This document shows positions 23,363-32,000 of a stretch of DNA of 32,000 bases, piece by piece. Under the pieces are notes generated by a model. The model was given only the letters and a program-made list of their open reading frames with translations, had not been told where the DNA came from and ran no database searches. The DNA comes from Candidatus Methanoperedens sp. (lineage in GTDB: Archaea; Halobacteriota; Methanosarcinia; Methanosarcinales; Methanoperedenaceae), in assembly GCA_041494705.1 (NCBI GenBank), contig JBGQBI010000001.1:1-32000 (forward strand). Reading direction: 5' to 3'. The position numbers and the translations under genes are program-made. Each line of letters opens with the position of its first letter. Position 1 is the stretch's first letter.

Positions 23363-24619
23363 TCAGGAAATCCTCATCCTGCTATCAATGACTGATACGC
23401 TCTGCTGTAACTCCTGTCTTTTTGATTCAACGTCGCGCTTTAGCGCTTCAAAACGGTTTCTTGATAATTCAAGTTCCTTTTCAAGAGCGGTAATCTTATC
23501 CTTTAAACCAGCAATCCTCTTCTCCAGTCCCGCTTCTTCATCAGCCGCTTTCATCCCTGATATCTTTTCTTTTTGCTTTTCAATATCCTGTGTTAGGGCC
23601 TGATATTCTGGTTTTGACGAATCCAATGATGCAAGTACAAGTTTTGTTTGCTCAAGGATTTTATTGGTTTTTTCAGTTGTGAGGTTCAGGATGCCGCTTT
23701 CAACGATTTTCTGGAATTCGATAAAGAATTCAGGATTTACATTTATCTGGCCGGACAAGCACAAATTCAGCCCTTCCTTGATTTCAGGAGCCAATGTATA
23801 TCTCCCGCTTTCGCTTAATTGCTTTAGCCTTCCCAGGGCTTTATTCAAAGGAAGGATAAGCCCCCTGATATCATCCTCCTTTTTCCTGGCATCAGTCTCA
23901 AGCGAAATAAGTTCTTCCCTGCTTTTAATATACTCTTTCCATGGTTCGCTTTCCTTTAAATGGGTCAGAGCTTTCTCTTTCCCTTCAAGTTCTTTTTTCA
24001 AAAGGGCAATTTTTTCTTCGCTCTCTTTTATTGTTTTTTCATTGAATCCGATATCGAGAATTGTATTCTTGATATTTTGTATTGTGGTTTTAGCAATATT
24101 CAGGGCATCCAGCACGTTTCTTTTGTTATCTATAGGTTCTATAAGCTGGTTCAAGAGTCTCCCGAGCGCGTTTACTTTTGCGATTAATTCTTTTGATTCC
24201 TCAAAATAAACCAGTTTGGTGTACTGGTAGCTTTTCATCATATTTTCAAGGCAAACTGTCAGGGTCTGGATAGCATTTTCATGAAAAGTCATGATAGCGC
24301 CGATATCGGTAGCTTGCGGGATATTAATATTATCAAGTAGCATCCTCACCTGCTTACTCATGTTGTCCCTGTTGCTTGCGGCGACTTTCACCATTTTAAG
24401 ATGGAACCTCCCTTCTGGCGTTGCCTCTTCAAGTGCAGTCATGTTTTCCTTTATTGCAGATAGCGCTTCCCCTATCTCGGAATAGAGGGAAGAAGCGTCT
24501 CTGCCCATCTCCTCCGATATCTTCTTCGACCTTGATTCAAGCCATTCAGGCAGCTCATCGAACGTTATCAGGGATGGCGAGCTTTGCCTTTTCCCAAATA
24601 GCCTGTCAATCCATTTCAA
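23363..24619 (-). CDS. Coiled-coil hypothetical protein
   Basis: 418-aa ORF with heptad-rich K/E/L composition throughout. No catalytic motif recognised. Confidence 0.6.
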   Translation of the reverse strand: MKWIDRLFGKRQSSPSLITFDELPEWLESRSKKISEEMGRDASSLYSEIGEALSAIKENMTALEEATPEGRFHLKMVKVAASNRDNMSKQVRMLLDNINIPQATDIGAIMTFHENAIQTLTVCLENMMKSYQYTKLVYFEESKELIAKVNALGRLLNQLIEPIDNKRNVLDALNIAKTTIQNIKNTILDIGFNEKTIKESEEKIALLKKELEGKEKALTHLKESEPWKEYIKSREELISLETDARKKEDDIRGLILPLNKALGRLKQLSESGRYTLAPEIKEGLNLCLSGQINVNPEFFIEFQKIVESGILNLTTEKTNKILEQTKLVLASLDSSKPEYQALTQDIEKQKEKISGMKAADEEAGLEKRIAGLKDKITALEKELELSRNRFEALKRDVESKRQELQQSVSVIDSRMRIS

Positions 24620-24649
24620 ATTGAATCCTTCTTTGATGAACCCGATGCT

Positions 24650-25969
24650 CTATTCTTCATTGGCGGTTTCATCCGACATTTTCCCGCTGAAATAGCTGTC
24701 GTATGCTCCCATATCAAAATGCCCGTGCCCGCTCAGGTTAAAGAGAATAGTCTTTTTCTCTCCTTTCTTCTTGCATTCCAGTGCTTTATCTATTGCGCAT
24801 TTTATGGCATGTGATGATTCAGGCGCCGGGACTATGCCCTCACTTCTCGCAAAGGTCACAGCGGCCTCAAACACCTCGGTCTGGTGATACGCCACTGCGT
24901 CTATCACCTTATCAGCATACAACTGGCTCACGATTGGAGAATCCCCGTGGTATCGAAGACCGCCGGCATGGATTGCAGGAGGTACATACTCGTGCCCCAT
25001 GGTGTACATTTTTAGAAGCGGCGTCAAGCCCGCAGTATCGCCAAAGTCATACCTGAATTCCCCGCCTGTAAGGCTCGGGCATGCGGTGGGTTCAACCGCG
25101 ATCACTTTTATGTCCTTTTTTCCTGCAAGCTTATCCATCAGGAACGGGAAACTTATCCCTGCGAAATTGCTTCCCCCGCCAACACATCCTATGATGTAGT
25201 CGGGATATTCCTCGACCTGCGCAAGCTGTTCCTTTGCTTCCTGGCCAATAACCGTCTGGTGAAGCATGACATGATTCAACACGCTCCCCAGAGAATAATG
25301 GGTGTCATCATGGGTTGCGGCGTCCTCGACTGCCTCGCTTATGGCAATTCCAAGGCTGCCCGGGGAGCCGGGGTCTTTTTCAAGCATCTTTTTTCCTGAG
25401 TTGGTGAGGTTGCTCGGGGATGGAATAACATCAGCGCCCCAGAGCTGCATCAATGACCTGCGGTATGGTTTTTGCTTGTAGCTTATTTTTACCATATAGA
25501 CCGTGCACCGGAGGTCAAAATAAGTAGTTGCAAGAGCGAGGGCGCTTCCCCACTGCCCGGCGCCGGTTTCCGTTGCCAGCCGCTCAATTCCTTCTTTCAT
25601 ATTATAATACGCCTGGGCAATCGCAGTATTGGGTTTGTGGCTGCCTGCCGGGCTTACGCCTTCATATTTGTAATAAATCCGGGCAGGGGTTTTAAGTGCA
25701 GCTTCAAGACGGTGTGCCCTGTAAAGAGGGGTGGGGCGCCACATCCTGTAAATATCCCGGACCTCATCAGGTATTGATATGAATCTTTCCTGGCTGACCT
25801 CCTGCTTTATCAATTCCATTGGGAAAATAGTCGAGAGGTCTTTGGGGCCGATAGGCTCTTTCGTAGCCGGGTTCAAAGGGGGAGAAAGGGGTGTGGGCAT
25901 ATCGGGAAGTATGTTGTACCATTTCTTCGGGATATCATTTTCATCTAAAAGTATTTTTGTTTGTTGCAT
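24650..25969 (-). CDS. TrpB-like PLP enzyme (tryptophan synthase beta chain type 2)
   Basis: PLP-lysine motif AGSHKPNTA and phosphate loop [11 protein letters not shown]. Length and N-terminal extension are typical of TrpB2. No trpA adjacent. Confidence 0.85.
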   Translation of the reverse strand: MQQTKILLDENDIPKKWYNILPDMPTPLSPPLNPATKEPIGPKDLSTIFPMELIKQEVSQERFISIPDEVRDIYRMWRPTPLYRAHRLEAALKTPARIYYKYEGVSPAGSHKPNTAIAQAYYNMKEGIERLATETGAGQWGSALALATTYFDLRCTVYMVKISYKQKPYRRSLMQLWGADVIPSPSNLTNSGKKMLEKDPGSPGSLGIAISEAVEDAATHDDTHYSLGSVLNHVMLHQTVIGQEAKEQLAQVEEYPDYIIGCVGGGSNFAGISFPFLMDKLAGKKDIKVIAVEPTACPSLTGGEFRYDFGDTAGLTPLLKMYTMGHEYVPPAIHAGGLRYHGDSPIVSQLYADKVIDAVAYHQTEVFEAAVTFARSEGIVPAPESSHAIKCAIDKALECKKKGEKKTILFNLSGHGHFDMGAYDSYFSGKMSDETANEE

Positions 25970-26059
25970 AAGGAAACCTCGGGGATAATATTTACGTGGG
26001 GGTATATCAAACTTGATGAATAGATTTCTTTGATTTAACTGGAATCACGGTATTATGAA

Positions 26060-26104
26060 AAATGGAAAAAAATAAAAAAATAAAAACAGTGGTAAGAAAC
26101 CACT
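26060..26104 (-). terminator. Hairpin followed by long oligo-T run (minus strand) after the 73-aa gene
   Basis: AGTGGT/ACCACT stem (26088-26104) overlaps the stop codon. Downstream on the minus strand is TGTTTTTATTTTTTTATTTTTTTCC. Confidence 0.5.
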
Positions 26105-26324
26105 ATTTTTTAAGCAATCTTTCTTTTATGAAATAAATACTGATAGCCAGCACCGATATGGCATAGAATGCATCAAATATGGGTTTATACCTGTATTCAA
26201 TAAAAGTTCCTATAAGCATATTGATTGCATTATAAAGATTAAATACGGAAATCAATGCGAACAACATGGCTATCAGGAAAATTCCAAGATAAAAATAATC
26301 CTCAAGCTTTTCTCGGTTGACCAT
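26103..26324 (-). CDS. Small membrane protein (2 TM)
   Basis: 73-aa ORF starting 2 nt after the upstream gene stop. Two hydrophobic helices. Confidence 0.5.
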   Translation of the reverse strand: MVNREKLEDYFYLGIFLIAMLFALISVFNLYNAINMLIGTFIEYRYKPIFDAFYAISVLAISIYFIKERLLKK

Positions 26325-26326
26325 TG

Positions 26327-27340
26327 TTATAACCTCCTTCTTGATACAAATACAATTAAGAGCGCAGATATTGCTGCAAATATTTCAAATCCGGGTGCCT
26401 TGGGGGTTTCTCCGGGATACGCCTGATACGCCGGTACCGCCGTTGCCATAGGATTAGTATAGCCTGGCGCTGCGCCGCCTTCACGCACGAACTTTGAAAC
26501 CTCGATATTCGTCTTTTTCTCAACACTTTCCTTGGGAACGGTCTTTGTGGGGGCAAGAAGCACCGGCTTTTCCCAGCTATTTATCAAAGTACCCCCTCTC
26601 CAGAGTTCCACTACCACCATGTAATTATATCCTTCAGGCACAGCAAGCACAACACTTTTTACCGCAGTCGTTTCGTTTGCGATCACGCCGGTTTCGGTGC
26701 CAGTCTTATCCGCAAGCAGGTTGGAAGTGGCTTCCCTTGCTTTTACAGTCATTTTCAGGTTTTCGGAAGCTTGAGGGCCTTTATTTTCAAGGTATATGTC
26801 GGATTTAATGGAGACCTTCCCGGTTGAAACGTTGGTGACTGTAAAATCGATATTGTTCAGCATCACTCCGCTTCTCTTTGACATGGGCGTCAGGGCGTTC
26901 AATCCGCTTATGCTCACCGAGCCGCTGTCCATGATGCTCCCGTTGTCAAAAAGAAGGATATTAAGGTCATAGCCTCCGTTCCTTTCAAGGTTTAAATTGG
27001 TTGAAATAGCAAGCGTTTTTTCCAAATCAGATTCGATTTCCGGTATCGGGGCTGAAACCTGGGTTTCAAGCAGTCTGGTATCACTGCTTATGGCTCTTAT
27101 GAGCATGGTCGCGTTCCGAGTTTTAGCGCCTTTATGGTTTATATAGGCTGTAACATTCACCTCTACCTGCGAGCTGGTAACCATGACTGGTTTTACATCC
27201 ACATCGCGGATGTTGAGGTTTGATGGGGGAACCCATGTTTCAGGCGGCTTTTGCAGAACGTCGCTTTTAATTATAACAATAGCAAAAGATAAAATCAACA
27301 ACGATGCCAATATTATTGTGAGCAGATGACCCGGTTTCAT
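26327..27340 (-). CDS. Secreted/surface protein with N-terminal signal anchor and PGF-CTERM sorting signal
   Basis: N-terminal LLTIILASLLILSFAIVII. C-terminal PKAPGFEIFAAISALLIVFVSRRRL (PGF + TM + basic tail). Confidence 0.75.
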   Translation of the reverse strand: MKPGHLLTIILASLLILSFAIVIIKSDVLQKPPETWVPPSNLNIRDVDVKPVMVTSSQVEVNVTAYINHKGAKTRNATMLIRAISSDTRLLETQVSAPIPEIESDLEKTLAISTNLNLERNGGYDLNILLFDNGSIMDSGSVSISGLNALTPMSKRSGVMLNNIDFTVTNVSTGKVSIKSDIYLENKGPQASENLKMTVKAREATSNLLADKTGTETGVIANETTAVKSVVLAVPEGYNYMVVVELWRGGTLINSWEKPVLLAPTKTVPKESVEKKTNIEVSKFVREGGAAPGYTNPMATAVPAYQAYPGETPKAPGFEIFAAISALLIVFVSRRRL

Positions 27341-27418
27341 AATCCCGAGTCCTAAAGAATTGCAGTACTTATATACTTTACGAAGGTTTTTAAATTTTAA
27401 ACTTGAATGAAACAGGAA

Positions 27419-29152
27419 TCAGCTTCTTTTAAAAAGCTTATCGAGTTCCTGCCTGTTAAAAGAAACCATGGTTGGTCTTCCGTGCGGGCAGGTATATGGA
27501 TTTTCAGTCATGAAAAGCTGCCGGACAAGGCTTTGCATCTGTGAAGTCGAGCAGTCCGCGCCCGCCTTGATAGCGCTTCTGCAGGCAATACTTTTAGTCA
27601 CCCGCTCAAATACCCCGGTTTCATCTTTTATCCTTCCCTCTGAAAGTATGTCAGCTATTATATCATGTATCAACTGCGGGTCTTCAAGCCTGCCAAGCAC
27701 AAAAGGGACTGCGGTTACCGCAAATGTGTCGGGTCCGAACCCGGATATCCTGAAGCCAAACTCCTCAAGAAACGGGATGCACTCTTTTATTAAAACCTTC
27801 TCCCTTGAATCAAGTTCAAGATTGACAGGCACAATAAGTTCCTGGGAATCCTCGCGTTTTGATTCACGCACTTTTTCAAAAAAGACCCGCTCATGCGCAG
27901 CATGCTGGTCAATTATTATCAGGCCATCTTTTGTTTCTGCAATGATGTACAGGCTGTCGACCTGCCCGAGGATATTGACCTGCGGCATTTCAATATTTTG
28001 GTTCCCATGCCTCATCCCGAATTTTTCAGACTGCCTGAGTCTTTTCTCCGTGTCTTTAAGAGGGGCCCTGAATCCTGTACCGGTTTCCCGGACCAGAAGA
28101 GGATTTTGAGGGATATTTTCATACACCAAAGACTGCTGTTCAGGTATTTTCACATCCGGAATCAGGGTCTCTCCAGATAGGGACATTTTCACAGCCTGCG
28201 CCACCACATCGCATATCTCCCGTTCATGGCTTAACCTGACCTGGTTCTTGGTCGGGTGCACATTGACATCCACTTCCAAAACATTAACATATATTTTTAA
28301 AACAGCAATCGGAAAACGCCCCCTCGGGATAAGCGTGCCGTAGCCGTCGCGCAAGGCAAAGCTAATAGCTCTTGAACTTACGTTCCTGTCGTTTATGAAA
28401 AAGGACTGGAAGTCAAGGCTTCCGCGCACCAGCGCGGGTTTTGACACAAATCCTGTTACCCTGGCAGGACCAGATTCAAAATTAACAGGGACCATCGCCC
28501 GCGCCACTTCCTGGCCATAGATATGAATTATCGTGTCTCGAAGCTCCGAGGCCGGGGCGCGCAGTATCTCCTTTCCGTTATTGGATAAAGTAAATGATAT
28601 GCTGTTATGACCGAGTGCGTTCCTTGTCACGGCATCAATGATATGCGCTAGTTCGGTGCTATCTGATTTTAGGTATTTTTTTCTTGCAGGGGTGTTGTAA
28701 AACAGCTCTTCGGCAAGTACGGAAGTCCCATCGGCGGCTCCGGTTTCTTCGATGCTGATTAATTTGCCCCCATGGATTACTACCCTTGTGCCTGATAACT
28801 CGTCTTTTGTTTTGGTGGTTATCTCCACATTGGCCACAGCGGAAATAGAAGAGAGCGCTTCTCCGCGGAACCCCATTGTCCTGACGGTTTCGATATCCTC
28901 GCTGGTGCTGATTTTGCTTGTTGCATGTTTCACGAATGAAAGCGCTGCATCCTCTTTACTCATCCCGCATCCGTTATCGGTCACGCGTATCGAATTCTTC
29001 CCGCTTTTTGTGACTTCGATGCGTATATCGGTTGCGCCGGCATCGATAGAGTTTTCGATAAGTTCCTTAACCACAGAGGAGGGGCGCTCTATCACTTCCC
29101 CTGCAGCTATCTTGTTTATTGTTGCATCATCAAGTACGCGGATTTTTCCCAT
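27419..29152 (-). CDS. mutL: DNA mismatch repair protein MutL (endonuclease-type)
   Basis: N-terminal GHKL motif IAAGEVIERPSSVVKELIENSIDAGAT. C-terminal DQHAAHERVFFE, ACRSAIKAG and CPHGRP. Confidence 0.95.
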   Translation of the reverse strand: MGKIRVLDDATINKIAAGEVIERPSSVVKELIENSIDAGATDIRIEVTKSGKNSIRVTDNGCGMSKEDAALSFVKHATSKISTSEDIETVRTMGFRGEALSSISAVANVEITTKTKDELSGTRVVIHGGKLISIEETGAADGTSVLAEELFYNTPARKKYLKSDSTELAHIIDAVTRNALGHNSISFTLSNNGKEILRAPASELRDTIIHIYGQEVARAMVPVNFESGPARVTGFVSKPALVRGSLDFQSFFINDRNVSSRAISFALRDGYGTLIPRGRFPIAVLKIYVNVLEVDVNVHPTKNQVRLSHEREICDVVAQAVKMSLSGETLIPDVKIPEQQSLVYENIPQNPLLVRETGTGFRAPLKDTEKRLRQSEKFGMRHGNQNIEMPQVNILGQVDSLYIIAETKDGLIIIDQHAAHERVFFEKVRESKREDSQELIVPVNLELDSREKVLIKECIPFLEEFGFRISGFGPDTFAVTAVPFVLGRLEDPQLIHDIIADILSEGRIKDETGVFERVTKSIACRSAIKAGADCSTSQMQSLVRQLFMTENPYTCPHGRPTMVSFNRQELDKLFKRS

Positions 29153-29265
29153 ATTCTCGGTTGTATTAGATGCTGTCTTTGTTATTCACTTTTTCGTGTG
29201 GCATTTTTTTGAAGAGAGATTCCAGATGTCTGCAAATCGTGAAACGGTGATTATTTGCCGCGGAG

Positions 29266-29283
29266 TTATACAATATCGTATAA
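29266..29283. promoter_or_regulatory. Short palindrome TTATAC-N6-GTATAA upstream of vapB (possible operator/TATA region)
   Basis: Lies about 32 nt upstream of the ATG at 29315. Confidence 0.3.
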
Positions 29284-29314
29284 CTTATATAGATGCAATT
29301 ACAAAGTTGTATTT

Positions 29315-29521
29315 ATGTGCCATGCTTCTGTAGAGGTAAAAAAATGGGGCAACTCCCTCGGTGTGCTCATCCCGAAAGACAAGGTTGCTGAGTTAGGATT
29401 ATCAGAAAAGGATATAATCGATATCGATATCTTAAAAAAAGAAAAAGTAAGCGGGTTTGGGATAGCAAAGGGAAAAATATCATTTGAAAGAGAAGAACCT
29501 GAGCACGAAGACCTCTGGTGA
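29315..29521 (+). CDS. vapB: AbrB/SpoVT-type antitoxin VapB
   Basis: VEVKKWGNSLGVLIPKDKVAELGL is the canonical swapped-hairpin motif. Overlaps vapC by 4 nt. Start trimmed from 29255. Confidence 0.75.
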   Translation: MCHASVEVKKWGNSLGVLIPKDKVAELGLSEKDIIDIDILKKEKVSGFGIAKGKISFEREEPEHEDLW

Positions 29522-29907
29522 ATCCTGTGTACCTGATAGATACTTATGCCTGGGTTGAATATTTCATAGGTTCAAAAAGAGGGGAAAAGGTTAAAAAAAT
29601 AATAGAGGATGAAAATAATGTTATCCTCACTCCTGAATGCTGCCTGGCTGAAATAAAAGGCTGGGCTATCAGGGAAAATATGGATTTTGAGGAACTATAT
29701 TCTATTCTAAGGAAAATTTCAGATATCCAGTGCATTTTAACCCAGGATTGGCTGGAAGCTGCAACGATTAGAAGTGAACTCAGGAAAACAAAAAAGGGTT
29801 TTGGTATTATGGATGCACTTATCATGGCTCAACAAGAGAGAATGGGCTGCAAAGTGGTCAGCGGGGATCCGCATTTTGAAGATTTGAAAGATGTAATTTT
29901 TATATGA
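29518..29907 (+). CDS. vapC: PIN-domain toxin VapC
   Basis: Acidic residues in YLIDTYAW, CLAEI, MDALIMA and SGDPHF. GTG start overlapping the vapB stop. Confidence 0.85.
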   Translation: MNPVYLIDTYAWVEYFIGSKRGEKVKKIIEDENNVILTPECCLAEIKGWAIRENMDFEELYSILRKISDIQCILTQDWLEAATIRSELRKTKKGFGIMDALIMAQQERMGCKVVSGDPHFEDLKDVIFI

Positions 29908-29943
29908 TGACCAGTTTACAAGAATAGCCCCGTTTTCATTGCC

Positions 29944-30342
29944 CTAAAGCCTGTGCCTGGCAAGATTAAGTAAAACCATACTCAGGATAATGCATATCGA
30001 AAGTGCATAAAACGTTGTATCCGTGCTGAGGCCCCCCAGCCCTTTCACCCAGATATATTTCATCCCACCGATGGATGCCGTGATTATGAACGCAAGACAC
30101 GCGGATGCGATCGCGCCGCCCACAAGCGACCAGGGAAAGACGGCGCCCCTTTTTTCAAAGAACACCGAAGCGATAACGAAGCCTATTGAGAATATGAACA
30201 GGATGAGATATGGCGGAAGCGGAAATGAATTGCTCTCCATAATATACGTAATCCCGTAAGCTACGGAAACCATGATAAAAGCCATTCCGGCTACAATCCC
30301 GAGCATTTTCACGAAATCATTGGATTCTAATTTAATATCCAT
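29944..30342 (-). CDS. Integral membrane protein (about 4 TM), unknown function
   Basis: 132-aa ORF, hydrophobic throughout. Confidence 0.55.
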   Translation of the reverse strand: MDIKLESNDFVKMLGIVAGMAFIMVSVAYGITYIMESNSFPLPPYLILFIFSIGFVIASVFFEKRGAVFPWSLVGGAIASACLAFIITASIGGMKYIWVKGLGGLSTDTTFYALSICIILSMVLLNLARHRL

Positions 30343-30488
30343 CCCTTCAAATCAAAATATAATTAAAAGTATTTAAACAATTTGATAGCCTCCACAAACA
30401 AATAGCAATAATTTAATAATAAAACGTATCAATATGTTCTTCAAGACTGTAAAAAATTATAGCAATACATTTGGGAGAAAAAAAACTA

Positions 30489-31439
30489 ATGAAACTTCCT
30501 GTCATCCACCTGCCAGATATCCAGGCGAACCAGCCTGAGATTCCGATTACATTAACGCGCGTGGGAGTGACCGACGTCAAGAAACTTGTTGAAGTAGCAA
30601 GAAAAGACAAACGTCCAATCGTGCTCGTCTCCATATTTGATATTTTTGTGGATTTGCCCTCGAACCGCAAAGGTGCGAATCTCTCAAGGAATTTTGAAGC
30701 CATAGATGAAGTGCTTGAGGAGATGATTGCCTCGCCCGTTTATGAGATAGAGGATTTATGCGGCGAAGTCGCAAAGCGTCTCATCGACAGGCACGAGTAC
30801 GCCCTGAATGCAGAAGTGAGAATGAAAAGCGAATATATATTAAAACGCGAAACCCCGGCAACAAAAATAAAATGCCAGGAAGTTGTGAATATTTTCGCAG
30901 AAGCGAAGGCAATTCGCGGAAAAACCCTGACAATAAGGAAACTCGTCGGGGCAGAAGTCCTCGGAATTACTGCATGTCCATGCGCCCAGGAAATCATGAG
31001 GGATAAGGCAAAAAAGGAATTGAAAACACTTGGCGTGGAAAGTGATATTATAAGAAAATTCCTGGGTAAAGTACCCATGCCCACCCATAACCAGAGGGGG
31101 CGCGGCATTATTTCGATTGAAGTTCATGACAATCATTTTGTTTCCCTTGAGAAGATCATTGAAATTATTGAGAATTCCATGAGTTCGCAGATGTTTGAAC
31201 TGTTAAAGAGGTCGGACGAGGCTGCAATCGTGGAACGGGCGCATAAGAATCCCAAATTCGTGGAAGATTGCGTGCGGACAATGGCGCAAAAAATAGTAAA
31301 TGAATTTCCCGAGCTGCCTGATGATTCGATTATTATTATCAAGCAGATAAATGAGGAGAGTATCCATCGTCACAATGCGTTTGCGGAGCGAAAATCCACG
31401 CTTGGGGAACTGAGGCAGGAAATTAATAGTATCGTTTAA
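30489..31439 (+). CDS. mptA: GTP cyclohydrolase MptA (FolE2/MptA family, archaeal type IV)
   Basis: [30 protein letters not shown] and [14 protein letters not shown] are family hallmarks. ATG preceded by GGGAGA; the track ORF starts at an upstream TTG. Confidence 0.85.
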   Translation: MKLPVIHLPDIQANQPEIPITLTRVGVTDVKKLVEVARKDKRPIVLVSIFDIFVDLPSNRKGANLSRNFEAIDEVLEEMIASPVYEIEDLCGEVAKRLIDRHEYALNAEVRMKSEYILKRETPATKIKCQEVVNIFAEAKAIRGKTLTIRKLVGAEVLGITACPCAQEIMRDKAKKELKTLGVESDIIRKFLGKVPMPTHNQRGRGIISIEVHDNHFVSLEKIIEIIENSMSSQMFELLKRSDEAAIVERAHKNPKFVEDCVRTMAQKIVNEFPELPDDSIIIIKQINEESIHRHNAFAERKSTLGELRQEINSIV

Positions 31440-31668
31440 CCCAAGAATTTATTATTTTACCATTTATACGATTTAAGCGTAAAGCCGGTTCATCCTTTCC
31501 TTTTGGTGCTGGTATGATTTTTTTTAAGTATTCACGGCTCCATGAAAAAAAATGACCTCTAGACATAAGGGTACCATAACGCGCTAAAAACATGAAAAAT
31601 AGAGCACGTCACGCCTCATCCTCATGTCTACAGGTTTAAGAAAATTGTTTAAATGCCATGCTATCTTC

Positions 31669-31998
31669 TTATTTCGGCTGAGGTGCCTTGCGGGCTCTCA
31701 GTTTTGCATTAAAAGCATCCAGTCTCTTTTTCTCAGCGGGATCTTCTTTTGCTTTGACTTTTTTCGCAGCAGCTGCATTATCCATTGAGCTTTCTAGTCC
31801 GACCATTTTTTCACCTCCTGTTGAATCTATTCTTTCATATATTTTAAATCTTTCGGCTGTTATAAAGTTATCCGATACAAAAAGATAAATTGACCCCGAA
31901 CATAGAATGCATGTGCCAAAAATCGCAATTACGGCTCTTGTGCCCCCTGAATTAATTTTCGCCTGCGGGGGAGAGCCGTTTGATGTCAATAATGTCAT
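31669..31998 (-). CDS. Hypothetical protein, possibly truncated by the window edge
   Basis: 109-aa ORF with one TM-like segment (AVIAIFGTCILCSGSIYLFV) and a Lys/Ala-rich tail. The reading frame is open to the end of the window. Confidence 0.35.
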   Translation of the reverse strand: MTLLTSNGSPPQAKINSGGTRAVIAIFGTCILCSGSIYLFVSDNFITAERFKIYERIDSTGGEKMVGLESSMDNAAAAKKVKAKEDPAEKKRLDAFNAKLRARKAPQPK

Positions 31999-32000
31999 AC

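Noticed and set aside
31545-31635. Short inverted repeat TAGACAT...ATGTCTA in the mptA downstream region
   Set aside because: It has only 7 bp with a loop of about 60 nt, which is indistinguishable from chance in AT-rich intergenic DNA.
1-32000. Search for tRNA, rRNA or CRISPR arrays in intergenic regions
   Set aside because: No cloverleaf-like or rRNA-like sequence and no regularly spaced 25-40 nt repeats were seen by eye. A covariance-model scan (tRNAscan-SE, Infernal/Rfam) would be needed to exclude small RNAs.

Overview
This looks like an archaeal chromosomal window. MptA-type GTP cyclohydrolase, a PGF-CTERM surface protein, FTR-like and flavodoxin redox genes, an IscS lacking the PLP lysine and an intein-bearing class II RNR together suggest a Methanosarcinales/ANME-like organism; that taxon call is inference only. 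Nearly all genes lie on the minus strand. Core content: SAM methyltransferase, CopA Cu-ATPase with three HMA domains, a KaiC-like protein with a degenerate Walker A, and a TPR protein with an internal 39-aa tandem repeat. It continues with a YjjX-type NTPase, NrdJ interrupted in frame by a 410-aa LAGLIDADG intein, and an IscS-like / IscU-FNR-like fusion / flavodoxin / FTRc operon. The rest is a DsrE-like gene with an unlisted 53-aa rubredoxin-like ORF, TrpB2, MutL, VapBC and MptA. Mobile or accessory content: a tnpB-only IS200/IS605-type element (about 7.0-8.5 kb) and a roughly 6.5 kb accessory island (12.9-19.4 kb). The island holds MNT-HepT, a Zn-ribbon/AbrB plus DUF4258-like pair, two decayed hsdS-like 3' remnants with duplicated flanks, and a CACGGAT iteron-like element in three copies. 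Its most notable part is a strongly AT-rich three-gene cluster (15707-19154). That cluster is built around an 807-aa Rad50/RloC-type ABC ATPase with a CxxC zinc hook, an R-x4-H HEPN motif and a terminal zinc ribbon. Its partners are a small protein and a 202-aa putative BamHI/BglII-like nuclease. This cluster is my top candidate for an undescribed defence system. No rRNA, tRNA or CRISPR array was recognised by eye.
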